This document shows positions 36,894-46,674 of a DNA stretch of 64,000 nt, piece by piece. A program made the translations under genes and the position numbers. A model generated the notes under the pieces. That model saw only the letters and a list, made by a program, of their open reading frames with translations, made no database searches and was not told the origin of the DNA. This DNA comes from Streptosporangiaceae bacterium (GTDB lineage Bacteria; Actinomycetota; Actinomycetes; Streptosporangiales; Streptosporangiaceae), in assembly GCA_035472835.1 (NCBI GenBank), contig DATIOU010000175.1:39081-103080 (forward strand), given 5' to 3'. How positions within the stretch are numbered: position 1 is the first letter of the stretch; each line of letters opens with the position of its first letter.

Positions 36894-37121
36894 TCAGAGG
36901 CTGCTGAAGCCGACCCGGCGTTGCTCGTTGCCAGCGAGCTCGAGGTAAGCGATCTTCGCCGCTGGCACGATGACGCGCCCGCCTTTGGCGTTTGTGAGCA
37001 CAAAGACGCCGGCGCTGCTGTCGACAGCGGCCCTGAGCGCCGCCTCAACCTCGTCGGCCTCCGCGTCTGTCTCGACCACCAGCTCACGCGGCGCCGACTG
37101 AATGCCGATCTTGACTTCCAC
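36894..37121 (-). CDS. DUF3107 domain-containing protein (TB9.4-like)
   Basis: 'VEVKIGIQSAPRELVVETDAEADEVEAAL..VFVLTNAKGGRVIVPAAKIAYLEL'. GTG 37121 is preceded by AGGAGA. Confidence 0.8.
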   Translation of the reverse strand: MEVKIGIQSAPRELVVETDAEADEVEAALRAAVDSSAGVFVLTNAKGGRVIVPAAKIAYLELAGNEQRRVGFSSL

Positions 37122-37273
37122 ATCTCTCCTAGTGATTGTCAGCAGGTCCGCCGTCTCCGACATTGCACAGTTTCGTCGACCACAAACCCGAGCAAACTGG
37201 CACACAAGATCGCTTAAACCTGTGCAGTGTGGCGCATACGTACATGTGGCGCCTACCAGCCAGCCCGCACGCT

Positions 37274-37909
37274 TCAGGCGTCCGGGTGGTCGGCTGCGAG
37301 GGGCCAGCCGCTGATGCCGCGCCAGGCCAGCTTGGCGATGAGCTGCTCAGCCGCGTCCTTCGGGATCTCCTGATCGGTGCTCAGCCAGTACCGGGCGCTG
37401 ACCTGGGCCATTCCCACCAGCGCGACGCCTAGCAGGTGCGCCTCGGCGTCGCTGACGCCTGCGTCCTCGCGGATGAACTGGCTGACCATATCCGCGCATT
37501 CGTAGATGGCCTTGTCGACGCGCCCGCGTACGGCGGGCTCGTTGCTGAGGTCGGACTCGAAGACCAGGCGGAACGCCTCGCTCGTGCCAGCGACGAAGTC
37601 GTAGAACGCCTTGACCGTAGCGGGGACGCGCTCTCGGTTATCCGTCGTAGAGGAGAGGGCCTCACTCACGATCCGGACAAGCTCGTCCACGCTCTCATCG
37701 AGGAGCGCAAGGTAAAGCTCGAGCTTGCCAGGGAAATGCTGGTAGAGAACGGGCTTGCTGACGCCAGCGCGCTCGGCGATCTCGTCCATCGCGGCTGCGT
37801 GGTAGCCCTGGGCGACGAACACGTCACGGGCAGCCCCCAGCAACTGCAGCCTGCGCGCGGGGCGCGGCAGTCGCGTACTGCCGGACTTGGCCTGTGGCGA
37901 AACGGTCAA
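37274..37909 (-). CDS. TetR/AcrR family transcriptional regulator
   Basis: HTH 'AAMDEIAERAGVSKPVLYQHFPGK'. Confidence 0.85.
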   Translation of the reverse strand: MTVSPQAKSGSTRLPRPARRLQLLGAARDVFVAQGYHAAAMDEIAERAGVSKPVLYQHFPGKLELYLALLDESVDELVRIVSEALSSTTDNRERVPATVKAFYDFVAGTSEAFRLVFESDLSNEPAVRGRVDKAIYECADMVSQFIREDAGVSDAEAHLLGVALVGMAQVSARYWLSTDQEIPKDAAEQLIAKLAWRGISGWPLAADHPDA

Positions 37910-38005
37910 TGATCACTCCAGGAAAATGTCTTTGCGGCTGGCCGGCGATATTGGCCGGCTGCGTGTCGCAGGCAATCTTACGACGAGCCACCTGGCGTAG
38001 CCCGA

Positions 38006-38203
38006 TTAGCGGTATTCGTCGTCATCGGGGATGACCACCCGGGCTTGCTCCGCAGCGTCAGCCGTATCCGCCTCAAACGGGGGTTCCTCCACTTCTGCAG
38101 GCTCGCCATTGGCGTCCGGCTCGGGTATCACATCCTGGTGCTGCTCCGCGGCGTCGGCGTCCGGTGCCTCAATGTCCGGTTCTTCAAGGCCCATGTCGCT
38201 CAT
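38006..38203 (-). CDS. very acidic small protein (65 aa), unknown function
   Basis: 'MSDMGLEEPDIEAPDADAAEQHQDVIPEPDANGEPAEVEEPPFEADTADAAEQARVVIPDDDEYR'. It has 23 D/E against 2 R and no K, and an internal duplication (DA.AAEQ..V.IP.(P)D). Divergent from ku. Confidence 0.5.
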   Translation of the reverse strand: MSDMGLEEPDIEAPDADAAEQHQDVIPEPDANGEPAEVEEPPFEADTADAAEQARVVIPDDDEYR

Positions 38204-38358
38204 TGCGGCACCTCCTAGGCGAAATCGGCACTCGAACATATTGCCGAATCACAGAATGCGGACAACACTGCTTCTATCACTACCCGAACCCCGGCTGTCA
38301 TTCGCGCCCGACCAAGGTGAGAATTAGTACCCAGACCGGCTTGGGGTAGGGAGATGCC

Positions 38359-39447
38359 ATGCGCAGTATGTGGAAGGGTGCCGTCTCCTTCGGCCTCGTG
38401 ATGATCCCCGTGAGGCTCTATACCGCCACCGAGCAGAAGGACATCGCCTTCCGGCAGGTACACCGCGAAGACGGGGGCCGCATCAGGTTCCGCCGGTTCT
38501 GCACGCTCGATGATCAGGAAGTGCCCTACGAGGACATCGCCAAGGGCTACGAGCTTCCGGACGGCCAGGTGATAGTGCTGACCGAGGAGGACATGGCCGA
38601 TCTGCCGCTGCCGACCACGAAGAACGTCGAGGTCGTCCAGTTCTGCCCAGCCGATCAGCTCGACCCGATCCTGTTCAACAAGAGTTACTACGTCGAGCCG
38701 GAGGCGGCCGGGACGCGGGCCTACAGCCTGCTGCGCGACGCCCTCGAGGAATCGGGGAAGATCGCTATCGCACAAGTCGCCCTCCGTCAGCGTGAGTCGC
38801 TAGCCATCCTCCGCGTCCGAGACGGCGTCATCGTCCTCGAGACGCTGCTCTGGCCGGATGAGGTGCGCACGCCTGACTTCGGCTTCCTGGATGAGGACAT
38901 TGAGGTCCGCCCGCAGGAGCTGCGGATGGCCGAGTCGCTGATCGAATCCATGACCGTCGACTTCGACCCTGACGAGTACCACGACAGCTACCGGGAGGCA
39001 GTGCTGGAACTGGTAGCCGCCAAGACCGAGGGCCGCGAGGTGCTCCAGATCGAAGCTCCGCCGACCGACACTGGCGACACGTCGAGCTTGGCAGACGCGC
39101 TGCGGGCCAGCCTTGCGGCCGCGAAGGGCGGTCGGCTCGGCGCCGTTCCCGACCAGCGCGAGGCCGCCGACGCGGAGGAAGAAGCGCCGGCCGGTCGGGG
39201 CCGCGCAAGCGGTCAGCAGGCGGCCGCCGGAAGGGCAACCACGAAACCAAGCGCGACGAAAACGTCGGCGGCGCGGACCGGAACCGCGAGGTCCGCGGCT
39301 GCCAAGCCCGCTGGTGCCAAGCCCGCTGGTGGCAAGGCCGCCGCGGCCAAGCCCAAGACCGCGGCCGGGAGCAAGACGTCGACGGCCAGGGGCAAGGCGG
39401 CGAAGGACGAGGAGACGGCGGCCCGGCCGAGGAAGCGCGCGGGCTGA
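38359..39447 (+). CDS. ku: non-homologous end joining protein Ku
   Basis: 'MRSMWKGAVSFGLVMIPVRLYTATEQKDIAFRQVHREDGGRIRF'. Lys/Ala-rich basic C-terminal tail typical of actinobacterial Ku. Confidence 0.9.
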   Translation: MRSMWKGAVSFGLVMIPVRLYTATEQKDIAFRQVHREDGGRIRFRRFCTLDDQEVPYEDIAKGYELPDGQVIVLTEEDMADLPLPTTKNVEVVQFCPADQLDPILFNKSYYVEPEAAGTRAYSLLRDALEESGKIAIAQVALRQRESLAILRVRDGVIVLETLLWPDEVRTPDFGFLDEDIEVRPQELRMAESLIESMTVDFDPDEYHDSYREAVLELVAAKTEGREVLQIEAPPTDTGDTSSLADALRASLAAAKGGRLGAVPDQREAADAEEEAPAGRGRASGQQAAAGRATTKPSATKTSAARTGTARSAAAKPAGAKPAGGKAAAAKPKTAAGSKTSTARGKAAKDEETAARPRKRAG

Positions 39448-39559
39448 CCGCGGCGGCGAAGGACGAGGAGACAGCGGCCCGGCCGAGGAAGCGCGCGGGC
39501 TGACCGCTGCGGCGAAGGACGAGGAGACGGCGGCCCGGCCGAGGAAGCGCGCAGGCTGA
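39395..39559 (+). repeat. 56-bp tandem repeat (3 copies) made of the ku 3' end including its stop codon
   Basis: The unit ..GGCGGCGAAGGACGAGGAGACGGCGGCCCGGCCGAGGAAGCGCGCGGGCTGA ends at 39447, 39503 and 39559 (TGA each time), with a few substitutions between copies. Confidence 0.85.
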
Positions 39560-39845
39560 TCCTGGCTACGCGCGGGCTTACTGCGGGAATCGAGCACAGC
39601 GAATGTGGCCGATCGGCGGGCGGCCGACGTCAATGCTGAGATGCTGGAGTCAGCGCGACTGGCGGGTAGAACTTGGCCGGGGCCGCGAGATCCGGGGCCG
39701 ATGAATTGGCAGGCGGTGGACGCCAGCGCCGCCGCAACGCAGGGCTGTGCGGATGCCGTGCGCACCGCGGCTCGCCGACAAGCAATCGCATGATGAGCCG
39801 CGTCGCTGACGGGCGATGTGCAGACGAGTAACTCAAGGAGGAGTC

Positions 39846-40193
39846 ATGGCGAACCCAGTCGCATGGTTCGAGATAGCTGGTCCGGACGCAGGAGCATTGC
39901 AGACGTTCTACGCCCAGGCTTTTGACTGGCAGATCGACGCCGACAACGAGCAGAACTACGGCATGGTGACGGCGAGCGATGGCGGCATCGCGGGTGGCGT
40001 GGGCCCGACCCCGGATGGCTCGGCGCACGCCACGTTCTACGTGACGGTCGACGACGTGCAGGACGCGCTCGACAAGATCGGCAAGCTCGGTGGCCAGACC
40101 GCGATGCCTCCGATGGACGTGCCGAACGGGCCGACAATCGCGTTCTTCATCGACCCCGCGGGGAACACAGTCGGGCTCATGAAGGGCATGTAG
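39846..40193 (+). CDS. VOC family protein
   Basis: 'MANPVAWFEIAGPDAGALQTFYAQAFDW..' and 'IAFFIDPAGNTVGLMKG'. AAGGAGGAG Shine-Dalgarno region before ATG 39846. Confidence 0.8.
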   Translation: MANPVAWFEIAGPDAGALQTFYAQAFDWQIDADNEQNYGMVTASDGGIAGGVGPTPDGSAHATFYVTVDDVQDALDKIGKLGGQTAMPPMDVPNGPTIAFFIDPAGNTVGLMKGM

Positions 40194-40205
40194 TCCAACG
40201 CCGCG

Positions 40206-40733
40206 GTGAGGGGCTTCGCGAGGCGCGAGTTCCAGCTCATGTTGCTTCGCCGGATGGCGGACTTCCAGCCCGAACTGGTCATTCGTGCTATCGCGAAGGC
40301 GGGCGCGACGCGGTCCGAGTACCTGGCCGCACATAACCGGTGGGTGTCGCTCTTGCGCTCGCCGGGCGCGCCGCAAGGCCTTGCCCTCTACGAAGCCGTC
40401 CTGGGTCCGCCCGAGGCCGAGCGCCAGGAAGCTGTCGGCGACGTCACGCTCACCGCCCTGACGTGGCCGCTGGCTCGCCTCTGGCCCGAACTGCGGTGGG
40501 AGCTGATGGTCGGCTTCGGCGAGGTCGTCCTCAACGGCTGTCTCGTCCGCGCCGCAGGCGCTCCCGTCCCGGCATTGGACAGGCTCGATCCTTGGTCGTG
40601 CGTCATCGGCGACGTGCTCGCCCGCCACCCGGCGGCGCAGCAGGAGGACCCTGGCATTCCGTCCAGGTGGCTCATCCGCGTGGACGGTCAGTGCCTGACG
40701 TTTGTGCACGGCTTGCTGCAGGTGGTCACCTGA
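40206..40733 (+). CDS. hypothetical protein
   Basis: 175-aa ORF that fills the gap between two supported genes on the same strand. No motif recognised. A 498-aa antisense ORF covers the same region. Confidence 0.4.
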   Translation: MRGFARREFQLMLLRRMADFQPELVIRAIAKAGATRSEYLAAHNRWVSLLRSPGAPQGLALYEAVLGPPEAERQEAVGDVTLTALTWPLARLWPELRWELMVGFGEVVLNGCLVRAAGAPVPALDRLDPWSCVIGDVLARHPAAQQEDPGIPSRWLIRVDGQCLTFVHGLLQVVT

Positions 40734-40767
40734 TGCGGGCGTGTACCTGCGAGTACCCTTGGACGGC

Positions 40768-41838
40768 ATGACTGACCAAATCCAGCCTGATGCGCCATTC
40801 GCGCAGGTCAACGGCTCAGGAACGGCCCACGCCAACGGCTCAGCGCTCGCCCGGAAGGCGGGCGGCAACCCGCCGCAGGGCCGCCCGATCGCGCACTGGC
40901 CCGGTGATTTCGTCAGGCTGGACATTGGCGAGGTTTTCGTCCGGTCACCACCAGCCGACTCGGATGCGACCAGCGAGCCAGGCGTCTTCGTGCACGGCCT
41001 CGGCGGCTCGGCGACGAACTGGACCGACCTCATGGGCCTGCTCGGGCACGCTGAACGCGGCGCGCCCGCGCTCGACAGTGCGGCCATCGACCTACCTGGC
41101 TTCGGCTTTTCGCCGCCGCCGCGCAACGGGGATTACTCGCTGGATGCACGCGCCGCGGCCGTTATCTCGCTGATCGAGAACATCGGCATGCGGCCGGTGC
41201 ACCTCGTCGGGAACTCGCTCGGCGGCGCGATCTGCACGCGCATCGCCGCCCGCCGGCCCGACCTAGTCCGCACGCTCACGCTGATCTCGCCCGCGCTGCC
41301 CGACCTTCGGCCGCGATTGCTGCCGATTCGGCTTGCGCTGGTCAGCGCGCCGGGCATCGGCACGAGGGTGCTGCGACGCCTCCAGGCGATCCCGCCGGAG
41401 CGCCGGACGGACATGACGATCAATGACCTCTTCGCCGACCCGAGCCTCATGCATCGCGACCGGCGCGCTGAAGCCGTGGCCGAAGTGGTCCGGCGCGACG
41501 GACTCGATTACGCCAGCGATGCGCTGCTGAAGTCGGGCCGGGCGCTGGTCAGCGAGTACGCGCGGCCCGGACCAGGTTCGCTGTGGCGCGACGCGGCTCG
41601 CGTCGCCGCCCCGACGCTGGTCATCCACGGCAGCCACGACCGGCTCGTGAACCCGGCCACCGCGGCCCGGGCCGCGCGATCCTTCCGGTATGGCCGCGCA
41701 GTCGTGCTGCCGCGTATCGGGCACGTCGCCATGATGGAGCGGCCGGACCTCGTCGCCGCGGAGATGCAGGAATTCATCGCCGCCGCGGCCCGCGCCGAGT
41801 CGAGCCGCGGTGGTGCGCTCGACCGCGTCGGCAGCTGA
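40768..41838 (+). CDS. alpha/beta hydrolase
   Basis: 'VFVHGLGGSATNW' and nucleophile elbow 'LVGNSLGG', with 'GHVAMMERP' near the C-terminus. Start trimmed to ATG 40768. Confidence 0.8.
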   Translation: MTDQIQPDAPFAQVNGSGTAHANGSALARKAGGNPPQGRPIAHWPGDFVRLDIGEVFVRSPPADSDATSEPGVFVHGLGGSATNWTDLMGLLGHAERGAPALDSAAIDLPGFGFSPPPRNGDYSLDARAAAVISLIENIGMRPVHLVGNSLGGAICTRIAARRPDLVRTLTLISPALPDLRPRLLPIRLALVSAPGIGTRVLRRLQAIPPERRTDMTINDLFADPSLMHRDRRAEAVAEVVRRDGLDYASDALLKSGRALVSEYARPGPGSLWRDAARVAAPTLVIHGSHDRLVNPATAARAARSFRYGRAVVLPRIGHVAMMERPDLVAAEMQEFIAAAARAESSRGGALDRVGS

Positions 41839-41847
41839 GGCGTCGGA

Positions 41848-43035
41848 GTGCTCATCGCGGCCGCGCAGCTGATTACGGCTGCCGATGGGTCTGACCCCGT
41901 TCCCAGCCAAGGGTTTGTCGAAGTAGCCGACGGACTCATCAGCCGCGTCGGCCAGGGGCCGCCGCCGAGACTTGATGTCACCTTGGCCGACGGGTATCTG
42001 GTGCCAGGCTTCGTCGACCTGCAGGTGAACGGCTACTTCGGCGTCGAGTTCCAGACCGCGGACGCGGCCAGCTGGGCCGATGTCGCGCGCAAGCTCCCGG
42101 CGACGGGGACGACGGCATTCCTGCCCACGCTGATCACCGCCCCGGTCGACAGCCTCGTGGCGACGCTGTCGGCCGCGGCCGAGTTCGCCGGTGACCTGCC
42201 AGACAGTGGCGCGCGCATGCTCGGGGTGCACGTGGAAGGCCCGTTCATCTCGCCGGACCGCCGTGGCGCGCACAACCCGGCTTGGATCACCGACCCGACG
42301 CCTGCGGCAGTGGCCGCGCTTATCGAGGGTGGGCGCGGCCTGCTGCGGCTGCTTACGCTCGCGCCGGAACGTCCCGGCGCGCTCGCCGCCGTCGAGCAGC
42401 TTGTCGCGGCCGGCGTGCTGGTCAGCGTCGGGCACAGCAACGCAACCGCGGCAGAGGTCGGGGCCGCGGCTGGCCGTGGCGCGCGGATGGTGACCCACCT
42501 GTTCAACGCCCAGCGGCCGCTCGGCCACCGGGAACCCGGCGTCGTCGGGCAGGCGCTAGTCGATGAGCGGCTGACCAGTGGACTAATCGTCGACCTGTAT
42601 CACGTGGCCGGTGCGGTCTGCGGCCTGGCGTTCCGGGCGGCACCCGGGCGGATCGCGCTGGTCACCGACGCGGCAGCGCCTGCGGGCATGCGGCCAGGGG
42701 AGTATCTGCTCGGCGGCGAGCCGATCACGCTGCCGCCGACCGCGGGCGCCCCGCCCGTGCGCAATAACGGCACGCTGGCCGGCTCGGCGCTGCGGATGGA
42801 CATCGCGGTTGCGAACGCGGTCACCTGTGGCGTTCCCCTTGGCGCCGCTGTCGCCGCCGCGACCCGCGTCCCGGCCGACCTCATCGGCAGGCCCGACCTC
42901 GGTCGCCTCGTCCCTGGCGCGAGTGCCGACCTGATCTGGCTCAGCCCCGAGCTCCGTCCCCGCGCGACGTGGCGAGGCGGCCGCCTGGTGTATACAGATG
43001 GCGCCGACGCCACCCTGGCGTCGCTGCGGGCGTGA
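41848..43035 (+). CDS. nagA: N-acetylglucosamine-6-phosphate deacetylase
   Basis: 'PGFVDLQVNGYFGVEF', 'HVEGPFIS', 'VSVGHSNA', 'THLFNAQ'. Confidence 0.85.
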   Translation: MLIAAAQLITAADGSDPVPSQGFVEVADGLISRVGQGPPPRLDVTLADGYLVPGFVDLQVNGYFGVEFQTADAASWADVARKLPATGTTAFLPTLITAPVDSLVATLSAAAEFAGDLPDSGARMLGVHVEGPFISPDRRGAHNPAWITDPTPAAVAALIEGGRGLLRLLTLAPERPGALAAVEQLVAAGVLVSVGHSNATAAEVGAAAGRGARMVTHLFNAQRPLGHREPGVVGQALVDERLTSGLIVDLYHVAGAVCGLAFRAAPGRIALVTDAAAPAGMRPGEYLLGGEPITLPPTAGAPPVRNNGTLAGSALRMDIAVANAVTCGVPLGAAVAAATRVPADLIGRPDLGRLVPGASADLIWLSPELRPRATWRGGRLVYTDGADATLASLRA

Positions 43036-43054
43036 CCGAAGGGATCAGGACGAC

Positions 43055-44110
43055 ATGCAAGCGGGGAACGGGGTTGGCCCGTCGCTGATGCGCCAGGAGA
43101 TTGCGCAGCAGCCGGAGGCGCTCAGCGCCACCATCGATGCGCTGCTGCCGCGTCGCGACGAGGTCACCGCCCTCGCGGCGAACACCAAGGCGGTGCTGTT
43201 TATCGCGCGCGGGACCTCGGACAACGCGGCCGTCTACGGCAGCTACCTGATCCAAGCCCACGCGGGCCGGCTGGCCTCGCTGGCCGCGCCGTCGATCGCG
43301 ACTACCTACCGGGCTCGGGTTGACCTCGACGGGGTGCTCGCGGTCGCGCTCTCGCAGTCGGGCCGCACCGCGGAGATCGTCGAGACCCTGGAGTGGGCCA
43401 AGGCATGCGGCGCGCGGACACTCGCGATCACCAACGGCGGCGCGTCGTCGCCGCTCGCGCTGGCGGCCGAGGTCGCGTTCGTAACCGAAGCGGGCGTCGA
43501 GCGGGCGGTCCCGGCGACGAAGACGTTTACCACGCAGCTTGCGGCGCTCGCGGTGCTGGCGCTTGGTCTCGGCGCGCCGCTCGACCCGGCCGAGCTAGTG
43601 GCCGTCCCGGACGCGATCTCCTCGCTGCTCGCGACGCCGCTCGAGCTCGAGCCGATCGTGGCTCAGCTCGCAAAGGTGCACGGCGTCGTGGTGTCGGGGC
43701 GAGGCATGGCCTACGCGGCCGCGCTGGAGCTGGCGATCAAGCTGAAGGAAGCGTGTTACCTACACGCGATGGGCTTGTCCTACGCCGATCTGCTGCACGG
43801 GCCCATTGCTGTGGTCGATGCGCAGACGCCGGCCATCGTAGTCGCCGCGGATTCCGGGCCGACGCTGGCAGGCTCCGTCGACCTCGCGCGGCGGGTGACC
43901 GGAGCTGGCGCGAGCGCGTTCGGGATCGGCGGCGGGGCGGCGCTGGCCGAGGCGTGCACGCTGGCCCTGCCTGGGCCGCGGCTGCCCGAGTGGCTGGCGC
44001 CGATCGGCCTGATCGTGCCTGGCCAGCTGTTGACTGAGGCGCTGGCCCGGCGGCTTGGCATCAACCCGGACCAGCCGCGAGGTCTGTCCAAGGTCACGCA
44101 GACGGACTAG
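43055..44110 (+). CDS. SIS-domain sugar-amine isomerase/deaminase (GlmS C-terminal / AgaS-like)
   Basis: 'LFIARGTSDNAA', 'ALSQSGRTAEIV', and a second SIS repeat 'VVVSGRGMAYAAALELAIKLKE'. Adjacent to nagA. Confidence 0.8.
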   Translation: MQAGNGVGPSLMRQEIAQQPEALSATIDALLPRRDEVTALAANTKAVLFIARGTSDNAAVYGSYLIQAHAGRLASLAAPSIATTYRARVDLDGVLAVALSQSGRTAEIVETLEWAKACGARTLAITNGGASSPLALAAEVAFVTEAGVERAVPATKTFTTQLAALAVLALGLGAPLDPAELVAVPDAISSLLATPLELEPIVAQLAKVHGVVVSGRGMAYAAALELAIKLKEACYLHAMGLSYADLLHGPIAVVDAQTPAIVVAADSGPTLAGSVDLARRVTGAGASAFGIGGGAALAEACTLALPGPRLPEWLAPIGLIVPGQLLTEALARRLGINPDQPRGLSKVTQTD

Positions 44111-46634
44111 CGCCGCGCGCCGTCATGGCGCGGCTAAGCAGGGTGCGCTGCTCCAGGAGGACTGTAGCGAGCGCATCGTCGGGCGCTAGCCGGTCCAGTT
44201 CGGCGTCTGTCGCGGCGAGCGTGGCTTTGTCGGCCAGCGGCGCCGGGTAGAGCGCCCTGGCCAGCCGCTGCATCGTCCACCGCTCAAGCCGCGCAGTACG
44301 CCGCAAGGCCGGCAGCGCCTCGGCGAAGTACCGCTCGCGGAATCCCTCGAGCAGCTCCTCCTGGCCCGGCACCCAGAAGCCCCGCGCGTAGGCGAGCGCG
44401 AGACGCGGCGGATGCTCGGCAGACAGTGCCGCTGCCCACGCTGCCTGCTTGGCCGCGGTACTCGGATGTCGCGCGCTGCACGTCGCGCGCACGGCGTCAC
44501 CGGCGACCGGGTCGTCGGCGGCGTACGCGGCCAGGTCCGCGTCGGTTGCCTGGCCGTGAGCGGCCAGTGTGGTCAGGATCTTGGCGCGGAGCTCGAGATC
44601 GACGACGAGTCCGGTCGGCAGGGAGCGACCGTCGAGCCAGAACCGCAGCAAGTCGCGCTGCGCCGGGCTGTTCGCCGACGCGGCGAAGCCCCGGGCCAGG
44701 ATGCGCTGATCCCGGCTGGCCGGTTGCGCCAGCTCGGCGGCGGTTAGCGCGGCGGCCGCGAGCTGGCGGCGCGCCGCGGCCCGTCCGGCGGCATCCGTGA
44801 AGAAGTCAGCCACTATTCCTGCGCGGTCGAGCAGCTCGTCCAGGCCCAGGACCGGCCGCCGGGTCGTCATCCTGCGCGCGACGATCGCCGCGAACTCGGC
44901 CGCGTCCAGCTCGGCCGACTGCACCATGTGGAAGGCGGCATTCCAGCAGACCGACTCCGCCAGCTGATCGCCCGTATCCATCGCGGCCGCGACCAGCGTG
45001 CGCCACGAGCCGGGGTCGAGCTTGATCGCGGCGAACGTCAGGTCGGCGTCGTTCAGGATGATCGCTGCGGGCATCGGCGTGCCCGACAGCTCGGGGACGT
45101 GCGTCCAGTGGTCGTCGACTGTCACGGCTAGGCGGCGCCGACAGGCGAGCCCAGCCTCGCCCTGCTCGTACAGGCCGATGGTCAGCGTGTGGGTGCGCAG
45201 CGGCCCGCCGTCGTCGGACTGTGGCGGGTCCTCGACGACGGCGAAGGACGTGATCACCCCGTCCGGGCCGACGGTCATCTCAGGGCGCAGCGTGTTCACG
45301 CCAGGCTGGCGCAGCCACTGCTCCGCCCAGCCCGTTAGGTCACGGCCGCTGGCGCGCGACCAGCAGTCGATCAGGTCGGTGAGCGTCGTGGTCAGCCACC
45401 CAAAGCTCGTCAGGTAGTCGCGCAGTCCCGCCTGCATGGCGTCTGGGCCAATGAGCGCAGCGAGCTGCCGAAGCGCGCTGGCCCCTTTGGCGTACGTGAT
45501 TGCGGTTGGCCTGGTGAGAGCGTCGGCGGCAGAGTCGACCGGCGAGGAGACCGGCTGGGCCCTCGGGAGCCCGTCGGCCAGGTACGCCGACGCCTTGCTG
45601 CTCATGCCGAATTCGGCCCAAGCGGCATCCGCGCCCTGTGCCTGACTCACCGCGCCGATGCTCAGGTACGTGGCGAGCGCTTCGGCTAGCCACAAGTCAT
45701 CCCACCAGCGGCCCTCGACGAGGCAGCCGAACCACAAATGCGCGACCTCGTGCGCGAGGATCATGCCGACGAAGTGATCTTCGGGATCTGCGGCGCGCTG
45801 CAGCAGCGACTCACTGACGTACATGACGGCAGGCAGCTGCATCGCCCTGACCGCGAACTCGGGGACGAACACGATGTCGAGCTTGCGGTAGGGGCACGCG
45901 ACACCCAGGGTCTGCTCGTAGTGACGCAGGGCCGCGGCTACCAGGCCCGCGGTCCGGGCCAGGCCTGGCGAGCCTGTCAGCGCCGGACGGCAGTGGACGC
46001 TGAGCTGCGTCCCGTCTGCGCCGCCGTCGATGGCGGCGGGCGCGGTCACGTACGGACCCGCACACAGTGTGAACTCGTACGGCTTCATCGAGACGACGGT
46101 CGCGAAGCGCCATACGCCGGCCGCGCGGTCGGCGGGGCTGTGCAGCACCTCGCCGTTGGATATGCACGTCCAGCCGGCCGGCAGCGTCACGATGAGGGTG
46201 ATCGGAGCTCGCAGATCGGGCTGGTCGAAGCAGCAGAAGACGGTGGGCGCCGCAGTCGGGAAGCAATTCGCCAGCACATAGCTGGTGCCGTCAGCGTGGT
46301 CGGTGTACTGCGTCAGACCGCTGCCGCTGCGAGACAAGTGCACCCACGCGCTGACCACCAGCGTGTTCTCGGCCGTCAGGTCGGTGAGCGGGACGCGGCC
46401 GAGCGAAAGGGACTTAGGGTCGAGTCGCCTGCCGTTCAGGATCATCTCGGGCACGGCGGCAGCGTCCAGGTTCGCGAACGTCGTCGCGCCTGGCTCGCGG
46501 CAACGGAACCTGACCTCGGTCCGCGACCAGGCGCTGTCGCCGCCGTGGGTCAGGTCGAGGAAAACCGAGTAGGACTCGACCGTGAGCAATCGGGAACGGG
46601 CTGCTGCTTCGTCCGCCGTCGTCCCGCTCTGCAC
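44094..46634 (-). CDS. pepN: aminopeptidase N (M1 family)
   Basis: Zinc motif 'ILAHEVAHLWFG' followed by 'LWLAEALATY'. 846 aa. Confidence 0.9.
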   Translation of the reverse strand: MQSGTTADEAAARSRLLTVESYSVFLDLTHGGDSAWSRTEVRFRCREPGATTFANLDAAAVPEMILNGRRLDPKSLSLGRVPLTDLTAENTLVVSAWVHLSRSGSGLTQYTDHADGTSYVLANCFPTAAPTVFCCFDQPDLRAPITLIVTLPAGWTCISNGEVLHSPADRAAGVWRFATVVSMKPYEFTLCAGPYVTAPAAIDGGADGTQLSVHCRPALTGSPGLARTAGLVAAALRHYEQTLGVACPYRKLDIVFVPEFAVRAMQLPAVMYVSESLLQRAADPEDHFVGMILAHEVAHLWFGCLVEGRWWDDLWLAEALATYLSIGAVSQAQGADAAWAEFGMSSKASAYLADGLPRAQPVSSPVDSAADALTRPTAITYAKGASALRQLAALIGPDAMQAGLRDYLTSFGWLTTTLTDLIDCWSRASGRDLTGWAEQWLRQPGVNTLRPEMTVGPDGVITSFAVVEDPPQSDDGGPLRTHTLTIGLYEQGEAGLACRRRLAVTVDDHWTHVPELSGTPMPAAIILNDADLTFAAIKLDPGSWRTLVAAAMDTGDQLAESVCWNAAFHMVQSAELDAAEFAAIVARRMTTRRPVLGLDELLDRAGIVADFFTDAAGRAAARRQLAAAALTAAELAQPASRDQRILARGFAASANSPAQRDLLRFWLDGRSLPTGLVVDLELRAKILTTLAAHGQATDADLAAYAADDPVAGDAVRATCSARHPSTAAKQAAWAAALSAEHPPRLALAYARGFWVPGQEELLEGFRERYFAEALPALRRTARLERWTMQRLARALYPAPLADKATLAATDAELDRLAPDDALATVLLEQRTLLSRAMTARGASPSA

Positions 46635-46674
46635 CGCCGTAGTTTATTAACACCAGGCCAGCACGTGGCTGGCT

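Noticed and set aside
39630-41126. 498-aa ORF on the minus strand spanning the VOC gene, the hypothetical gene and the hydrolase 5' end
   Set aside because: It lies antisense to genes with recognisable motifs (VOC 'WFEIAGPD', hydrolase 'HGLGGS'). Its product is Arg/Pro/Ala-rich and low in complexity, which is typical of spurious antisense ORFs in high-GC DNA.
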